Origin: an uncultured Planctomycetaceae bacterium
Lineage (GTDB): Bacteria > Planctomycetota > Planctomycetia > Planctomycetales > Planctomycetaceae
Direction of reading: 5' to 3'
Assembly: GCA_903898975.1 (NCBI GenBank)
Contig: CAIUHT010000984.1
Coordinates: 1 to 24,943 of the forward strand
DNA length: 24,943 bases
Shown: positions 1 through 8,850 of the stretch, in pieces
Position numbering within the stretch: position 1 is the stretch's first letter
Layout: every line of letters starts with the position of its first letter
Program-made: the position numbers and the translations under genes
Notes under the pieces: model-generated
What the model was told of the DNA's origin: nothing
Database searches by the model: none
The model's input: the letters and a program-made list of their open reading frames with translations, nothing else

Positions 1-149
1 CAGCCCGGCCTCCCTCCCGAAATCCCACCACTCGATCAAGTTGGTTCCCGACCGTTCTTCGACCACAGTATGTGTCCAGGGCGCCGTGGCTTGGCCGAAC
101 GGGGCTGGGAGGCCATCAAAAGCAATGCTTTTCAGCGAGGGCGGAATTG

Positions 150-198
150 GGCGAATCTGCCCCGCGAGTTCTCAGAGCGGCTCGCGGGGCAGATCGCC
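150..198. terminator. GC-rich hairpin downstream of the PEP-CTERM gene (possible terminator or RNA-stabilising stem)
   Basis: Perfect 14-bp inverted repeat ATCTGCCCCGCGAG (155-168) / CTCGCGGGGCAGAT (181-194) with a 12-nt loop, extendable by GGCG/CGCC across a 1-nt bulge. It lies ~30 nt past the stop at 226. There is no U-tract on the minus strand. Confidence 0.45.
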
Positions 199-225
199 AT
201 GGAGAGAACCAGGCTGGTCGCTGAC

Positions 226-1356
226 TCAGCCGCGAGGGGACCGGGCCCGCCGGCCCGCCCACAGCATTCCCACTGCGGCACAGCCAATGACTGCCAGCGA
301 GGAGGGCTCGGGGACCACGAACTCGGATGGGTCGAGATAGACGATGAAGGACTTCGCGTTGTAGTTTTCGTCAAGCAAGACCCCGCCAAAGGTGTTTCCG
401 TCGGGGGTCATTTCGCCCGCGTACACTCCGATCAGGTTCGGCATAGCATTCTGGAAAGAGAGTCCGAAGTGGACTTCGGCATACCTTGCAAAGGTTTTGC
501 TGCCGATTCCTTCCCGCCAGATCTCGCTGTTCAATCCGGGGGCCCAGAGCACGATCGACCCATCGTCGGACACCTCGTGACCCCCCGGTCCAAAGCCGCC
601 ACCTGAGAGACTTTTCAGCACCTCGAGGTCGCCGTTGACCCAGCGGGCGATGGAATAGCCCAAGGCCGAGTCGACCACACCCACGATGACCGAACCATCC
701 GACGAGACGTTGATTGCCTTGGGGTAGTCGGTGCCACCCGGGAGATCGGGCAGGATGCTCATCACCCCATCACGCCACACAACCGGATGGGTTCCGTTGA
801 GGTCGGTCATGCTGCCGACAATCGTCCGGCCATCGGCACTGATGGCGTCCGCGTTACTGCCAATTGTCCCCTCGGGGACCTGCAGGAAAGTCCTCACGCC
901 CCCCTGCCAATACGCCGCTCCGGAGGTTTCCCCTCCCCCAGCGTACCCGACCACGACACTGCCATCACCAGAGACACTGTTCCCCAGTCCAGAGAACGAG
1001 AACGTGTCTCCGGGACCCAACAGCGCCTCCAACACTCCGTTTTCCCAGCGATATGCCGAGAAATCGTTTCGAAAAAGGTCCCCGGTGACGACATTCCCGT
1101 TGTTGGAAATGCCGGTCACACTGTCAACATTCGGGCCGGTCGGGTCCTCGATGGAGGTGAGTGTCCCATTCTGCAAGCGACCGGCGTAGCCGTAGGGACC
1201 GGGCAGGTAACCGGCGAATGTCTGCCCGTCGCGGGTCAGTGCCGAGAGATTCGGGGCGGTCGAGTCGAACAGCGTGAGCATCGACCCCGCTTCGCCCAGG
1301 CTGGCCAGCAACAAGCCCAGCCCCACGCCCCCCAGCCACGTTCGCAATCCATTCAT
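226..1356 (-). CDS. PEP-CTERM sorting-domain surface protein with HAF-like beta-propeller repeats
   Basis: C-terminal VVPEPSSL motif followed by a hydrophobic helix and basic tail (RRARSPRG). N-terminal signal-like segment. Seven repeats of the (I/V/L/M)(S/T)xDG..(V/I/F)xG type (e.g. SVSGDGSVVVG, AISADGRTIVG, NVSSDGSVIVG). Start moved from the ORF-track 1422 to the ATG at 1356 (MNGLRTWL), which has GAGGA upstream. Confidence 0.88.
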   Translation of the reverse strand: MNGLRTWLGGVGLGLLLASLGEAGSMLTLFDSTAPNLSALTRDGQTFAGYLPGPYGYAGRLQNGTLTSIEDPTGPNVDSVTGISNNGNVVTGDLFRNDFSAYRWENGVLEALLGPGDTFSFSGLGNSVSGDGSVVVGYAGGGETSGAAYWQGGVRTFLQVPEGTIGSNADAISADGRTIVGSMTDLNGTHPVVWRDGVMSILPDLPGGTDYPKAINVSSDGSVIVGVVDSALGYSIARWVNGDLEVLKSLSGGGFGPGGHEVSDDGSIVLWAPGLNSEIWREGIGSKTFARYAEVHFGLSFQNAMPNLIGVYAGEMTPDGNTFGGVLLDENYNAKSFIVYLDPSEFVVPEPSSLAVIGCAAVGMLWAGRRARSPRG

Positions 1357-1744
1357 CTCGGTAGGTTCCTCAAGAACGAGTCCGAGGCCTCGGCGATGCC
1401 GGGTTGATGTCTCCGTACACAAACCCGGTTGGCGACCAAGCCAACAGAGGCCCCTATAGTCTCTATCGCAAACGACCCCTCAGATGACGCCGAAAAAATT
1501 TCGAGAATTTTCAGACGGCGGAATCGGTCCCGGCGCCAAGGCCTGCGATTGTCGTGCCGCTCGACCTCCCCGCCGTCGGTCGCAACGATCTGTTCAGGGT
1601 CGTTCTGCTGCTCCCGGCTGGGGGAAATCTGCGCATTCGTACAGACATGGGGTGCCATGAGATGCGGTGCGTAATGAGTCTTCTGTCGTTACGCTCTTCC
1701 AGTTCTGTTCGCTTTGTCCGTTCCGCCCGCCAGGAGTTCGCCAG

Positions 1745-2734
1745 GTGCTCGCCGGTCACTTTCCCGCCCCCCACCGCATCGAGCTGATCGATGTCCCCGA
1801 ACCGCAACTCCCCCCGGCGCCCCCTCCCGGTCAGTCCGGGCAGATTGTGTTCGAACCGCACATCGCCTGCCTCTGCGGGTCCGATCTCCCCTACTTCAAT
1901 GGCGAGGCCCCGGAGTTTCCCGCCCGCACCCGCGGACATTCGCTTCATGAAATGGTCGGCCGGGTCACCGCCACCAATGGCTCCCGCTGGAAGCCGGGCG
2001 ATTGGGTGCTGACCGTCCCCGTCAACCAGTGTGGGATGTTCGAGCGGTATGTTGTGGGGGAGGACCGGGCGATTCCTCTCGACCCCCGGCTCGACAAGCA
2101 CCATTCCGTGCTCGCCCAGCCCCTGGGGACCGTCCTCTACGCCCTCAAGAAGCTCCCGAACGTGCTCGACAAGGACGTGGTGATTGTCGGGGCGGGGCCA
2201 ATCGGGCAGATGTACGCCCGCATGCTCGCGAACATGGGGGCCCGCGAGGTGATTGTGCTCGACAAGCTCGACTCGCGGCTCGCGCTCGCCCCCAAGATGG
2301 GGGCCACCGCGACCATCAACGTCACCCGCGAAGATCCGGTCGCGCGGGTCCAGTCGCTGCTGGGAGGTGAACTCGCCGACATCGTCGTCGAGGCGGTCGG
2401 TCATGCCGACCAGGTGCTCAACACCTGCATCAGCCTGGTTCGGCATGGGGGCCGGATCCTGTACTTCGGGGTTCCCCCCGAGCAGATCGACGGCGTCCGG
2501 TGGCGTGACTTTTTCTACAAGAACGCCACCATCCACACGAGCGTGAACCCCGACTTCCGCCGCGACTTCCCGCTCGCCATGCGGTGGTTGGCCGAGGGCC
2601 GGGTCGATCTGCGGCCCCTCATCACCCACACCTATCCCCTGGCCCAGGTCCAGACCGCCTTCGAGACGTTCCGCGATCGCCGGGATGGCGCGCAGAAGGT
2701 GCTGCTTGAGTTCCCCGCATTCGGCCGGGGCTGA
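1745..2734 (+). CDS. Zinc-dependent medium-chain dehydrogenase/reductase (threonine/sorbitol dehydrogenase-like)
   Basis: CLCGSD and HE..G Zn-site motifs, Rossmann GAGPIG followed by an acidic D (NAD preference), and typical C-terminal LITHTYPL..AF and KVLL segments. Start placed at GTG 1745, 8 nt after AGGAG (1732-1736); the ORF track starts at 1667. Confidence 0.9.
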   Translation: MLAGHFPAPHRIELIDVPEPQLPPAPPPGQSGQIVFEPHIACLCGSDLPYFNGEAPEFPARTRGHSLHEMVGRVTATNGSRWKPGDWVLTVPVNQCGMFERYVVGEDRAIPLDPRLDKHHSVLAQPLGTVLYALKKLPNVLDKDVVIVGAGPIGQMYARMLANMGAREVIVLDKLDSRLALAPKMGATATINVTREDPVARVQSLLGGELADIVVEAVGHADQVLNTCISLVRHGGRILYFGVPPEQIDGVRWRDFFYKNATIHTSVNPDFRRDFPLAMRWLAEGRVDLRPLITHTYPLAQVQTAFETFRDRRDGAQKVLLEFPAFGRG

Positions 2735-2883
2735 TCGGCGTGGCAGCCTGCGGGGGTCGCGACCGTTTCGAAGTGGGGTGCCGAGCGGCGGGCTGGCGGC
2801 TGGTGCGGTGAATGAACCAGGCGCTGACTTCGGGGTGCCTGCCTGCCCTGGACCCCGCGGACCGATGACCCGTCAATGGGCGT

Positions 2884-2921
2884 AAAAAAACCGGCGGTCG
2901 AGTGCGACTCGACCGCCGGTT
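2884..2921 (-). terminator. Rho-independent terminator for cysC (possibly bidirectional)
   Basis: Perfect 15-bp stem AACCGGCGGTCGAGT (2889-2903) / ACTCGACCGCCGGTT (2907-2921) with a GCG loop. The A7 at 2884-2890 gives a U7 tail on the minus strand. It sits between convergent genes. Confidence 0.88.
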
Positions 2922-3038
2922 GATGCATTCAGACGCACGGGCACGGCAGTAAGTCGCCGCGACTTGCGCCGCAGAAAGCCCCCTTTACTTCCCGCGGGTT
3001 CGCAGTGGACCCCGGGAGAGAACTGGGGAGCTGGTGGG

Positions 3039-3641
3039 TTAGATCAGCCCCTTGGACTTCAGGTAGGCGATGACTTCTTCGGCGAGCTCTTCGATGGGCT
3101 TGGTCCCGTCGAGTCGCAGTTCGGCGTGTTCGGGGGCCTCGTACGGATCGCTGATGCCAGTGAAGCTGGCGATCTGACCCGCGCGGGCTTTCTTGTACAG
3201 CCCCTTGGGGTCGCGGGCCTCGCACACTTCGAGCGGGGTGTCCATGAAGACCTCGATGAACTCGCCCGGTTCCATCAGTGCCCGGACGGCATCGCGGTCT
3301 TTGCGATAGGGAGAGATGAAGGCGGTCAAGGCCAGGACTCCCGCGCCGGCGAACAGCTTGCCCACCTCGCCGATCCGGCGGATGTTCTCGGCCCGATCCT
3401 CTGCCGAGAATCCGAGGTTCTTGTTCAGCCCCATGCGGATGTTGTCGCCATCCAGCACGTAGGTGTGCTTGCCCATCTGGTGGAGACGATGATCGACGAC
3501 ATTCGCCACCGTGCTCTTGCCCGAGGCACTGAGCCCCGTGAACCACAAAATGGCCCCCTTGTGACCGTTCAACTGACACCGTTCGGCCTTCGAGACCGCG
3601 TGATTGTGCCAGGTGACGTTCGTTGCCTTCTGCTCAGCCAT
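3039..3641 (-). CDS. cysC: Adenylyl-sulfate (APS) kinase
   Basis: WFTGLSASGKST P-loop, LDGDNIRMGLNKNLGFS, RAENIRRIGEV, FISPY, EARDPKGLYKKARAG and FTGISDPYEAP all match CysC. GAGGA lies upstream of the ATG. Confidence 0.97.
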   Translation of the reverse strand: MAEQKATNVTWHNHAVSKAERCQLNGHKGAILWFTGLSASGKSTVANVVDHRLHQMGKHTYVLDGDNIRMGLNKNLGFSAEDRAENIRRIGEVGKLFAGAGVLALTAFISPYRKDRDAVRALMEPGEFIEVFMDTPLEVCEARDPKGLYKKARAGQIASFTGISDPYEAPEHAELRLDGTKPIEELAEEVIAYLKSKGLI

Positions 3642-3661
3642 GGTACGCTACGACTTCCTCT

Positions 3662-3679
3662 TTCAAAGGTGACTCTGAA
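3662..3679. promoter_or_regulatory. Candidate transcription-factor site, copy A
   Basis: TTCAAAGGTGACTCTGAA is an imperfect palindrome (TTCAAAG-N4-CTCTGAA), 15/18 identical to 3798-3815, and lies 21 nt upstream of the cysC ATG. Confidence 0.45.
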
Positions 3680-3797
3680 CACCGCCCACCGCCGCCACTC
3701 GGGGTGAAATGGGGCACCAGCAGCCCGGCTCAAAAGGCGAACATCCAGTTCCGTTTCGTGGCGAAAGCGGGGAGATCGACACTCGGCCAGCCAGGCC

Positions 3798-3815
3798 TTC
3801 TAGGGTGACTCTAAA
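3798..3815. promoter_or_regulatory. Candidate transcription-factor site, copy B
   Basis: TTCTAGGGTGACTCTAAA is 15/18 identical to 3662-3679 and lies in the cysC / hypothetical-gene divergent region. Confidence 0.45.
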
Positions 3816-4196
3816 GTATCGTTCCACAGGCGGGAAGGGTGGTTTCCGATTGTGAACTGGCCCGGCAAAACCAGCAGTTTTTCCAAGCCGGTGCCCGACC
3901 AGCTTTCGGTGATCGGCGTGCGCGCCGCCTGGATCGACAAACTTCACGAATCGAGTGCGATCCACCCCTGCGGGAGGGCCTCCCGGGAGAAACTGCCAGA
4001 TCACGGCCTGGCGGGGCGGGCGAGGGACGTTTGCTCTCCAGCTGCCCGGACTTGGGCCGCAGACTACGCCCCATTGGCCGAATGCGATATCTAAGGGTGG
4101 GAACCGGGCGACGGTGGACCGGGACCCAGCCAGAGACGGGGAGGCCCCCCGTGCCTGTTTGTGCCGCATCACCGGGAGTTCCTGACAGGCTGACCC

Positions 4197-4985
4197 ATGT
4201 CGCAATCGATCGACTTCTCGCGGTCGTTCCTCACCTTTCGGATCGACACCCTTAAAAAACCCCCCCAGACGGTGTCGCACGCTCCTCCCTACAGCCTGAA
4301 CAACGCCCGGATCCAGCTCGATTGCATTTGCGAACTGGAACAGCCCGCGGAGAACCGCTCCCAGACCTTCGTGCTGGGGGTCAGTTGCAAGACCGAGCGG
4401 GTCGGTGTGCCCCGCGACATCTGGACCACGCCCAATTCCGACTTCATCCCGGTCGTGTCGGCCCAGCGGTTTCTCAATATCAAGACCTACGCCTTCATCG
4501 GCCACGAGGCCGGGGTTGAACTGCATGGGCTGGGTCGCCCGCAGCCCGACAGGCAGACGGGCGAGACCGCGTTGGCGTTCGATCGCCTCACCATCCACCT
4601 CGAGCCCGCCCCGGCTCAAGAGCTACCGACCCCCCGCGAGATTATCGAGGCGACCTACCAGCATCGTCCCCTCGTGGCGGTCACCGAATACCGCGATGGA
4701 CCCCGCACGGTCCGGCTCACCTACCCCATCAAGACCTTCAACGTCAATGAGCGTGACGACATCTATCAGACCGACACCGGTCCACTGCTGATTCCCCGCG
4801 GTGACGCTCCCTTCGAACAGCAGATCGAGGGGCTGCAACTCGCCTTCGGCGCGTTCAACTCACCCGACTTCATCGAACTGCTCATGCGGGCCCCCACTCC
4901 CGTCCCCGGGGGAGCCCGCGTCTATCACTACAGTGAACCGCTCCGCCTCGACGGAGTGCGGAACCGCATCTACTCCCTCACGTAA
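4197..4985 (+). CDS. Hypothetical protein (262 aa, soluble, beta-rich)
   Basis: Long ORF with strong G/C bias at third codon positions and globular composition. It fills the space between cysC and the ABC gene. No family motif recognised. Confidence 0.8.
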   Translation: MSQSIDFSRSFLTFRIDTLKKPPQTVSHAPPYSLNNARIQLDCICELEQPAENRSQTFVLGVSCKTERVGVPRDIWTTPNSDFIPVVSAQRFLNIKTYAFIGHEAGVELHGLGRPQPDRQTGETALAFDRLTIHLEPAPAQELPTPREIIEATYQHRPLVAVTEYRDGPRTVRLTYPIKTFNVNERDDIYQTDTGPLLIPRGDAPFEQQIEGLQLAFGAFNSPDFIELLMRAPTPVPGGARVYHYSEPLRLDGVRNRIYSLT

Positions 4986-5093
4986 ACCGGCAACTCGCTG
5001 GCGTGCAAGCCGTCAGTGACTGGAGATGCTGGAACGCTACACCCCTGGGGGCGGAGGCAGGCGACCAGCCGCGCTCGCGTCGCTCAGGAGGAC

Positions 5094-7982
5094 TTACCAG
5101 TAGATGTAGCGCTGCAGCAGTTCCCGCTGCTGGGTGGGAAGCTGCCCCAGGTGGGGAATCAGAAACCGGTTATCCTCAAGGTCGAGCAGGATCTTGCCGT
5201 GCTCGCCAAAGTCCTGCACCTGGCTCTGCGACCAACGCATGGTGAATTGCAGGCGGCCGGAGGGGGTCCCGACGGTGAATTCGAGACAGCCATGCTTGAG
5301 GTCGATCCGTTCGATCGAGTCGATCCGCCGGAGGAGATACCGGCGGTCCAGCGCGGCGAGAATGAGCGCCCGCGTCTCCTCGGGCCATTCCCCAAGGTCA
5401 CGCACAATGCCAATCTCGCGCTCCTTGCCCCCTTCATCACACACCGACAGGCTGATGTACCGCTCGGGCTCGGTCGCCGGAAAGCAGCGGACCGCCCCCA
5501 GGCCGCGGTGCCTGGTTCCGTCCGCCAACTCGACATCGAGCGTCTGCAGGCGGCCGCATGAGAAGCGGACCACGCCGGCCTCAAGCCAGCGGGGGGCCAA
5601 GTCGATCAGCTCGGCTGGTTCCCCCGCGGCGGTCGATTTGTCTGGGCTGTCGCCCGTTGCCAGGCTGGTGGTCGCGCTGGCAGCGGGTGCGGTCGCACTG
5701 ACAGAGGGGGCGGTCGCCTGGCGAGCCGGGCTGGCCTGCGCCTCGAGCAGCGCTTCGACCCGGTTCTCGTGCGCGAACTGTGTCTGGATCTTGACCAGCC
5801 GGGCATAGGTGCCATCGAGGTCCATCAGTTCCGCGTGCGAGCCCTGCTCGGCGAGTCGTCCCTCTTCGAAGACGAAGATGCGGTCCGAGTCTTTCAACGT
5901 GGAAAGCCGGTGGGCAATGGCGATGGTCGTGCGGCCGCGGGCCAGCACGCGGAGCGCGTCTTGAATCGCCTGCTCCGATTCGGTGTCCACACTGCTGGTC
6001 GCCTCGTCGAGAATCAGCACGCGGGGGTCGTATAGCAGGGCCCGGGCGATCGACAGTCGTTGCCGCTCGCCTCCCGACAGTCCCGCCCCCCGCTCGCCCA
6101 CCCAGGTGTCGTATCCCAGGGGCTTCTTGAGGATGAACTCATGGGCCTGCGCGGCACGGGCCGAGGTCAACGCCTCGTCACGATTCGAACCGGGGCGACC
6201 GTAAACGAGGTTGTCGAACAAGGTGCCCCGGAATAGAAACGGCTCCTGCAGCACCACTCCCACGTGCCGGCGCAGCTCGGCGGTCGACAACTGCCGAAGG
6301 TCGACTCCGTCGAGCCGGATGGTCCCTTCGTCCACGTCGTAAAACCGGCTGATCAGGTTCACCAGCGTGGTTTTGCCACTGCCCGAGCGACCCACAATGC
6401 CGATCCGCTGACCCGGTTCAATCTGAAAGCTCACCTGCTTCAGCACCGGTCTGTGCCGCTCGTAGCCAAACGTGACGTTGTCAAAAGCGATCTCGCCCCG
6501 GACCGTGTCGGGCCGGCTTTCCCGCTCGGGCTCCCGGGTCTCTACCGGGGCGTCGAGCAGTTCGAACACCCGGTGGCAGCCTGTCAGAAAGCTGGTGAGC
6601 CAGGTCGTGAGCTGCGACAGGGTGGAGAGGGGGGCGTAGAACATCGCGAGGTAGGCAAGAAACGCCATGAGCGAGCCGAGCGTCATCTGCCCGGCCAGCA
6701 CATCGCGCCCGCCGACATACCACACAATCAGCCCCCCCAGGCTGAAGACCAGGGCCATGATGGCCGAGAACGAGGCATTGGCGTTGTCGACCCGCACGCG
6801 GGAGTCGCGGAGCGTTTCACTGGCGCGCTGAAACCGCTCGGACTCCCGCGGTTCCTGGGCAAACGCCTTGACCACGCGGATGCCCGAGAGCATGCCCGAA
6901 ATCGTTCCCGCCTGCCGACTGCTCGAATCCCAGTAGCGGTAGTAAACCGGGTAGACCCGCCGCCAGAAGTACAGGCTCCCCGCCACCACCAGCGGGGCGG
7001 GAATGAGCGTGAAGAGAGCCAGCTTGGCGTTGAGGGTGAACAGCATCAACCCCACTGCCACCACCTGCACAATCTGCAGCAGAAACCCCCCGGTCACCTG
7101 TTGCAGCAGGGTGTGCAGCACCTCGCTGTCGTAGGCCACCCGGCTGACCAGTGAGCTGACCTGGTGCTTGTCGTAGTAGCCCACCCCCAGCGTGTGCAGC
7201 TTGGCCATGAGCTGCGATCGCAGGTCGAAGGTGAGCCCGGCACCCACGCGCGTGGAAAGCACCCCCTTGCCCCAGTTGATAACCCCCAGCAGCACGCGGG
7301 TCGCCGCCAGGGCCAGCACCACCAGCAGGAGGGCCAGCATCAGCCCCCTGGCGTCGGGAGCCCCCTCGCCCCGCTCGAGGATCTGGTCGACGAGGTACTG
7401 CTGGAGCTTGGGGGGGACCAGTTCCATCGCGACCCCGGCCAGCATCAGTGCCGACATCGCCGCCGCCGTTCGCCAGTGAGGCTGCAGAATGCGCCACAGG
7501 CGACCGATGATGGCCCGGCGGGGAAGGCACCGCGGGCAGGGTTCCCCCTTGGCGGGGAGTCTCTGCTGACACTGCGGGCAATGCAGCAGATCGGGCGACT
7601 CGACCTCTTCGGGCCCCAGTTCTCCCTCGGCGCGGAAGTGCTCAAGCTGCCCCGCGACCCGGTGGAATCTGGGGGCCAGCCCATTGGAGTGCCGGAGCAG
7701 ATCGACCCACGCCCCATCGACATGCGCCTGGACGAATCCCGAGCCGATCGTGGCGACCGACCGGAACTTGCCCACCTCGGCCACGGGCACGTTCTTGACC
7801 AGGTACGGTTCGGGCTGCTCGGCGACGACCGACACATTCCGCTCGGTCATGACCAGCCATTCCGAGCCGGGCTCTCCGCGGAGACCGAGATCGGTCTGAG
7901 CCGAGAGCACAACAGGCACCCCATTCAGCCCCTCGCGTTCCAGAAGCTGTTTGACACCGCTGGGCAATTCCGCTGCGCGCAT
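5094..7982 (-). CDS. ABC exporter (fused TMD+NBD) with N-terminal extension, Cys4 Zn-ribbon and C-terminal DUF1854-like domain
   Basis: Multi-helix TMD, Walker A GRSGSGKT, Q-loop VVLQEP, signature LSGGERQ, Walker B ILDE and H-loop IAHRL. CPQC..CPRC precedes the TMD. After an Ala/Ser/Thr linker, RCFPATEPERYISL...EIGIVRDL...LDRRY resembles DUF1854. The start is probably the ATG at 7982 (MRAAELP); the first 80 aa of the track ORF look non-coding. Confidence 0.92.
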   Translation of the reverse strand: MRAAELPSGVKQLLEREGLNGVPVVLSAQTDLGLRGEPGSEWLVMTERNVSVVAEQPEPYLVKNVPVAEVGKFRSVATIGSGFVQAHVDGAWVDLLRHSNGLAPRFHRVAGQLEHFRAEGELGPEEVESPDLLHCPQCQQRLPAKGEPCPRCLPRRAIIGRLWRILQPHWRTAAAMSALMLAGVAMELVPPKLQQYLVDQILERGEGAPDARGLMLALLLVVLALAATRVLLGVINWGKGVLSTRVGAGLTFDLRSQLMAKLHTLGVGYYDKHQVSSLVSRVAYDSEVLHTLLQQVTGGFLLQIVQVVAVGLMLFTLNAKLALFTLIPAPLVVAGSLYFWRRVYPVYYRYWDSSSRQAGTISGMLSGIRVVKAFAQEPRESERFQRASETLRDSRVRVDNANASFSAIMALVFSLGGLIVWYVGGRDVLAGQMTLGSLMAFLAYLAMFYAPLSTLSQLTTWLTSFLTGCHRVFELLDAPVETREPERESRPDTVRGEIAFDNVTFGYERHRPVLKQVSFQIEPGQRIGIVGRSGSGKTTLVNLISRFYDVDEGTIRLDGVDLRQLSTAELRRHVGVVLQEPFLFRGTLFDNLVYGRPGSNRDEALTSARAAQAHEFILKKPLGYDTWVGERGAGLSGGERQRLSIARALLYDPRVLILDEATSSVDTESEQAIQDALRVLARGRTTIAIAHRLSTLKDSDRIFVFEEGRLAEQGSHAELMDLDGTYARLVKIQTQFAHENRVEALLEAQASPARQATAPSVSATAPAASATTSLATGDSPDKSTAAGEPAELIDLAPRWLEAGVVRFSCGRLQTLDVELADGTRHRGLGAVRCFPATEPERYISLSVCDEGGKEREIGIVRDLGEWPEETRALILAALDRRYLLRRIDSIERIDLKHGCLEFTVGTPSGRLQFTMRWSQSQVQDFGEHGKILLDLEDNRFLIPHLGQLPTQQRELLQRYIYW

Positions 7983-8261
7983 TTGGACCCGTACACTGAC
8001 CGCAGGCTGGGCAAACTGACCGGCCAGGAGGGGATGACTTCTCGAGAGAAGGCCACCAGGCCGACCAGCGACGCTGATGTGCCGAAGTCTCTCGGCCCGC
8101 CGCGCGAGAATCGTACGGGGTGTCGAAGGGAAGGAAAGAGGGAGACCGGCCCCGCACGGGGCTCCGCCCCGGCGGAACCGGCCCCAACCCGAGAAGTTCG
8201 TGGTGGCTGGCCGGCGGACCACCCCCCGGTCCCCCAGCCCACTTCTTTAGGCCTGCCACTT

Positions 8262-8291
8262 CTTAAGACCCCCGCTGCTTAAGACCCCCGC
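8262..8291. repeat. Direct repeat CTTAAGACCCCCGC x2 (16-bp period)
   Basis: Exact 14-mers at 8262-8275 and 8278-8291, preceded by CCACTTCTT x2 (8239-8247, 8256-8264). Confidence 0.85.
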
Positions 8292-8850
8292 ATACTCAAA
8301 CGTACGCATCACAGCCCCCTGCCCACTCCTGCCAGGGGGAACCCACCGCCTGTGATTGCCGACGCCAATTCCAACGGCAAATCAGCCGAGCGATTCCTGC
8401 CAGCTGCTCCAGCCGGGGTTGGCCGACCCCCAAAATGGCTCACGCTGCACCACTGCATCACCAGGAGCCTTGCGGATGTCTGCCGGTCGCTTCCTCCCCT
8501 TGACGAAGGCGCGACATCGGCCTGCCGGGTCGCATGAGGGATGGCGGCCCTGCAGCCAAGGTTCCCCGCCCCGCCTTCCTCACCGCGACCACAGCGATTG
8601 TCGCCGGGCTTGTTCCCGGGAGAGTGTGTGGATCGGGGAGAGAAGGTCGGGGCGGGGTGCCCCCTGGTTCAAGAATCGCCAGCACGACTCACGCCGCCTG
8701 AGGAGCGAAAATCGGTCCACGGGCCGGCAGCCTCCCGAGGGATTTGATCCGGGACGTAGCCCGAACGCCGAACAAAACGGCGAGTCGAGTAGAGTCGCCA
8801 CGATCCCCTCGTCCTTGACCCCAGACGCGGTTCAAAGGGCGTGGGAACTT

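Noticed and set aside
1-66. Possible start of a minus-strand gene running off the left edge (GTG at 66: MVEERSGTNLIEWWDFGREAGL...)
   Set aside because: Only 22 codons are visible, with a weak RBS and no recognisable motif.
3642-4196. SAM or other riboswitch upstream of cysC; ORFs 3852-4094 and 3663-4619
   Set aside because: I found no SAM-I core motifs on the minus strand. The ORFs lack protein-like features or are antisense to the 4197 gene.
7983-8222. N-terminal 80 aa of the 1042-aa ABC ORF
   Set aside because: Arg/Gly/Pro-rich sequence typical of read-through in GC-rich non-coding DNA; the domain-like sequence begins at Met 7982.
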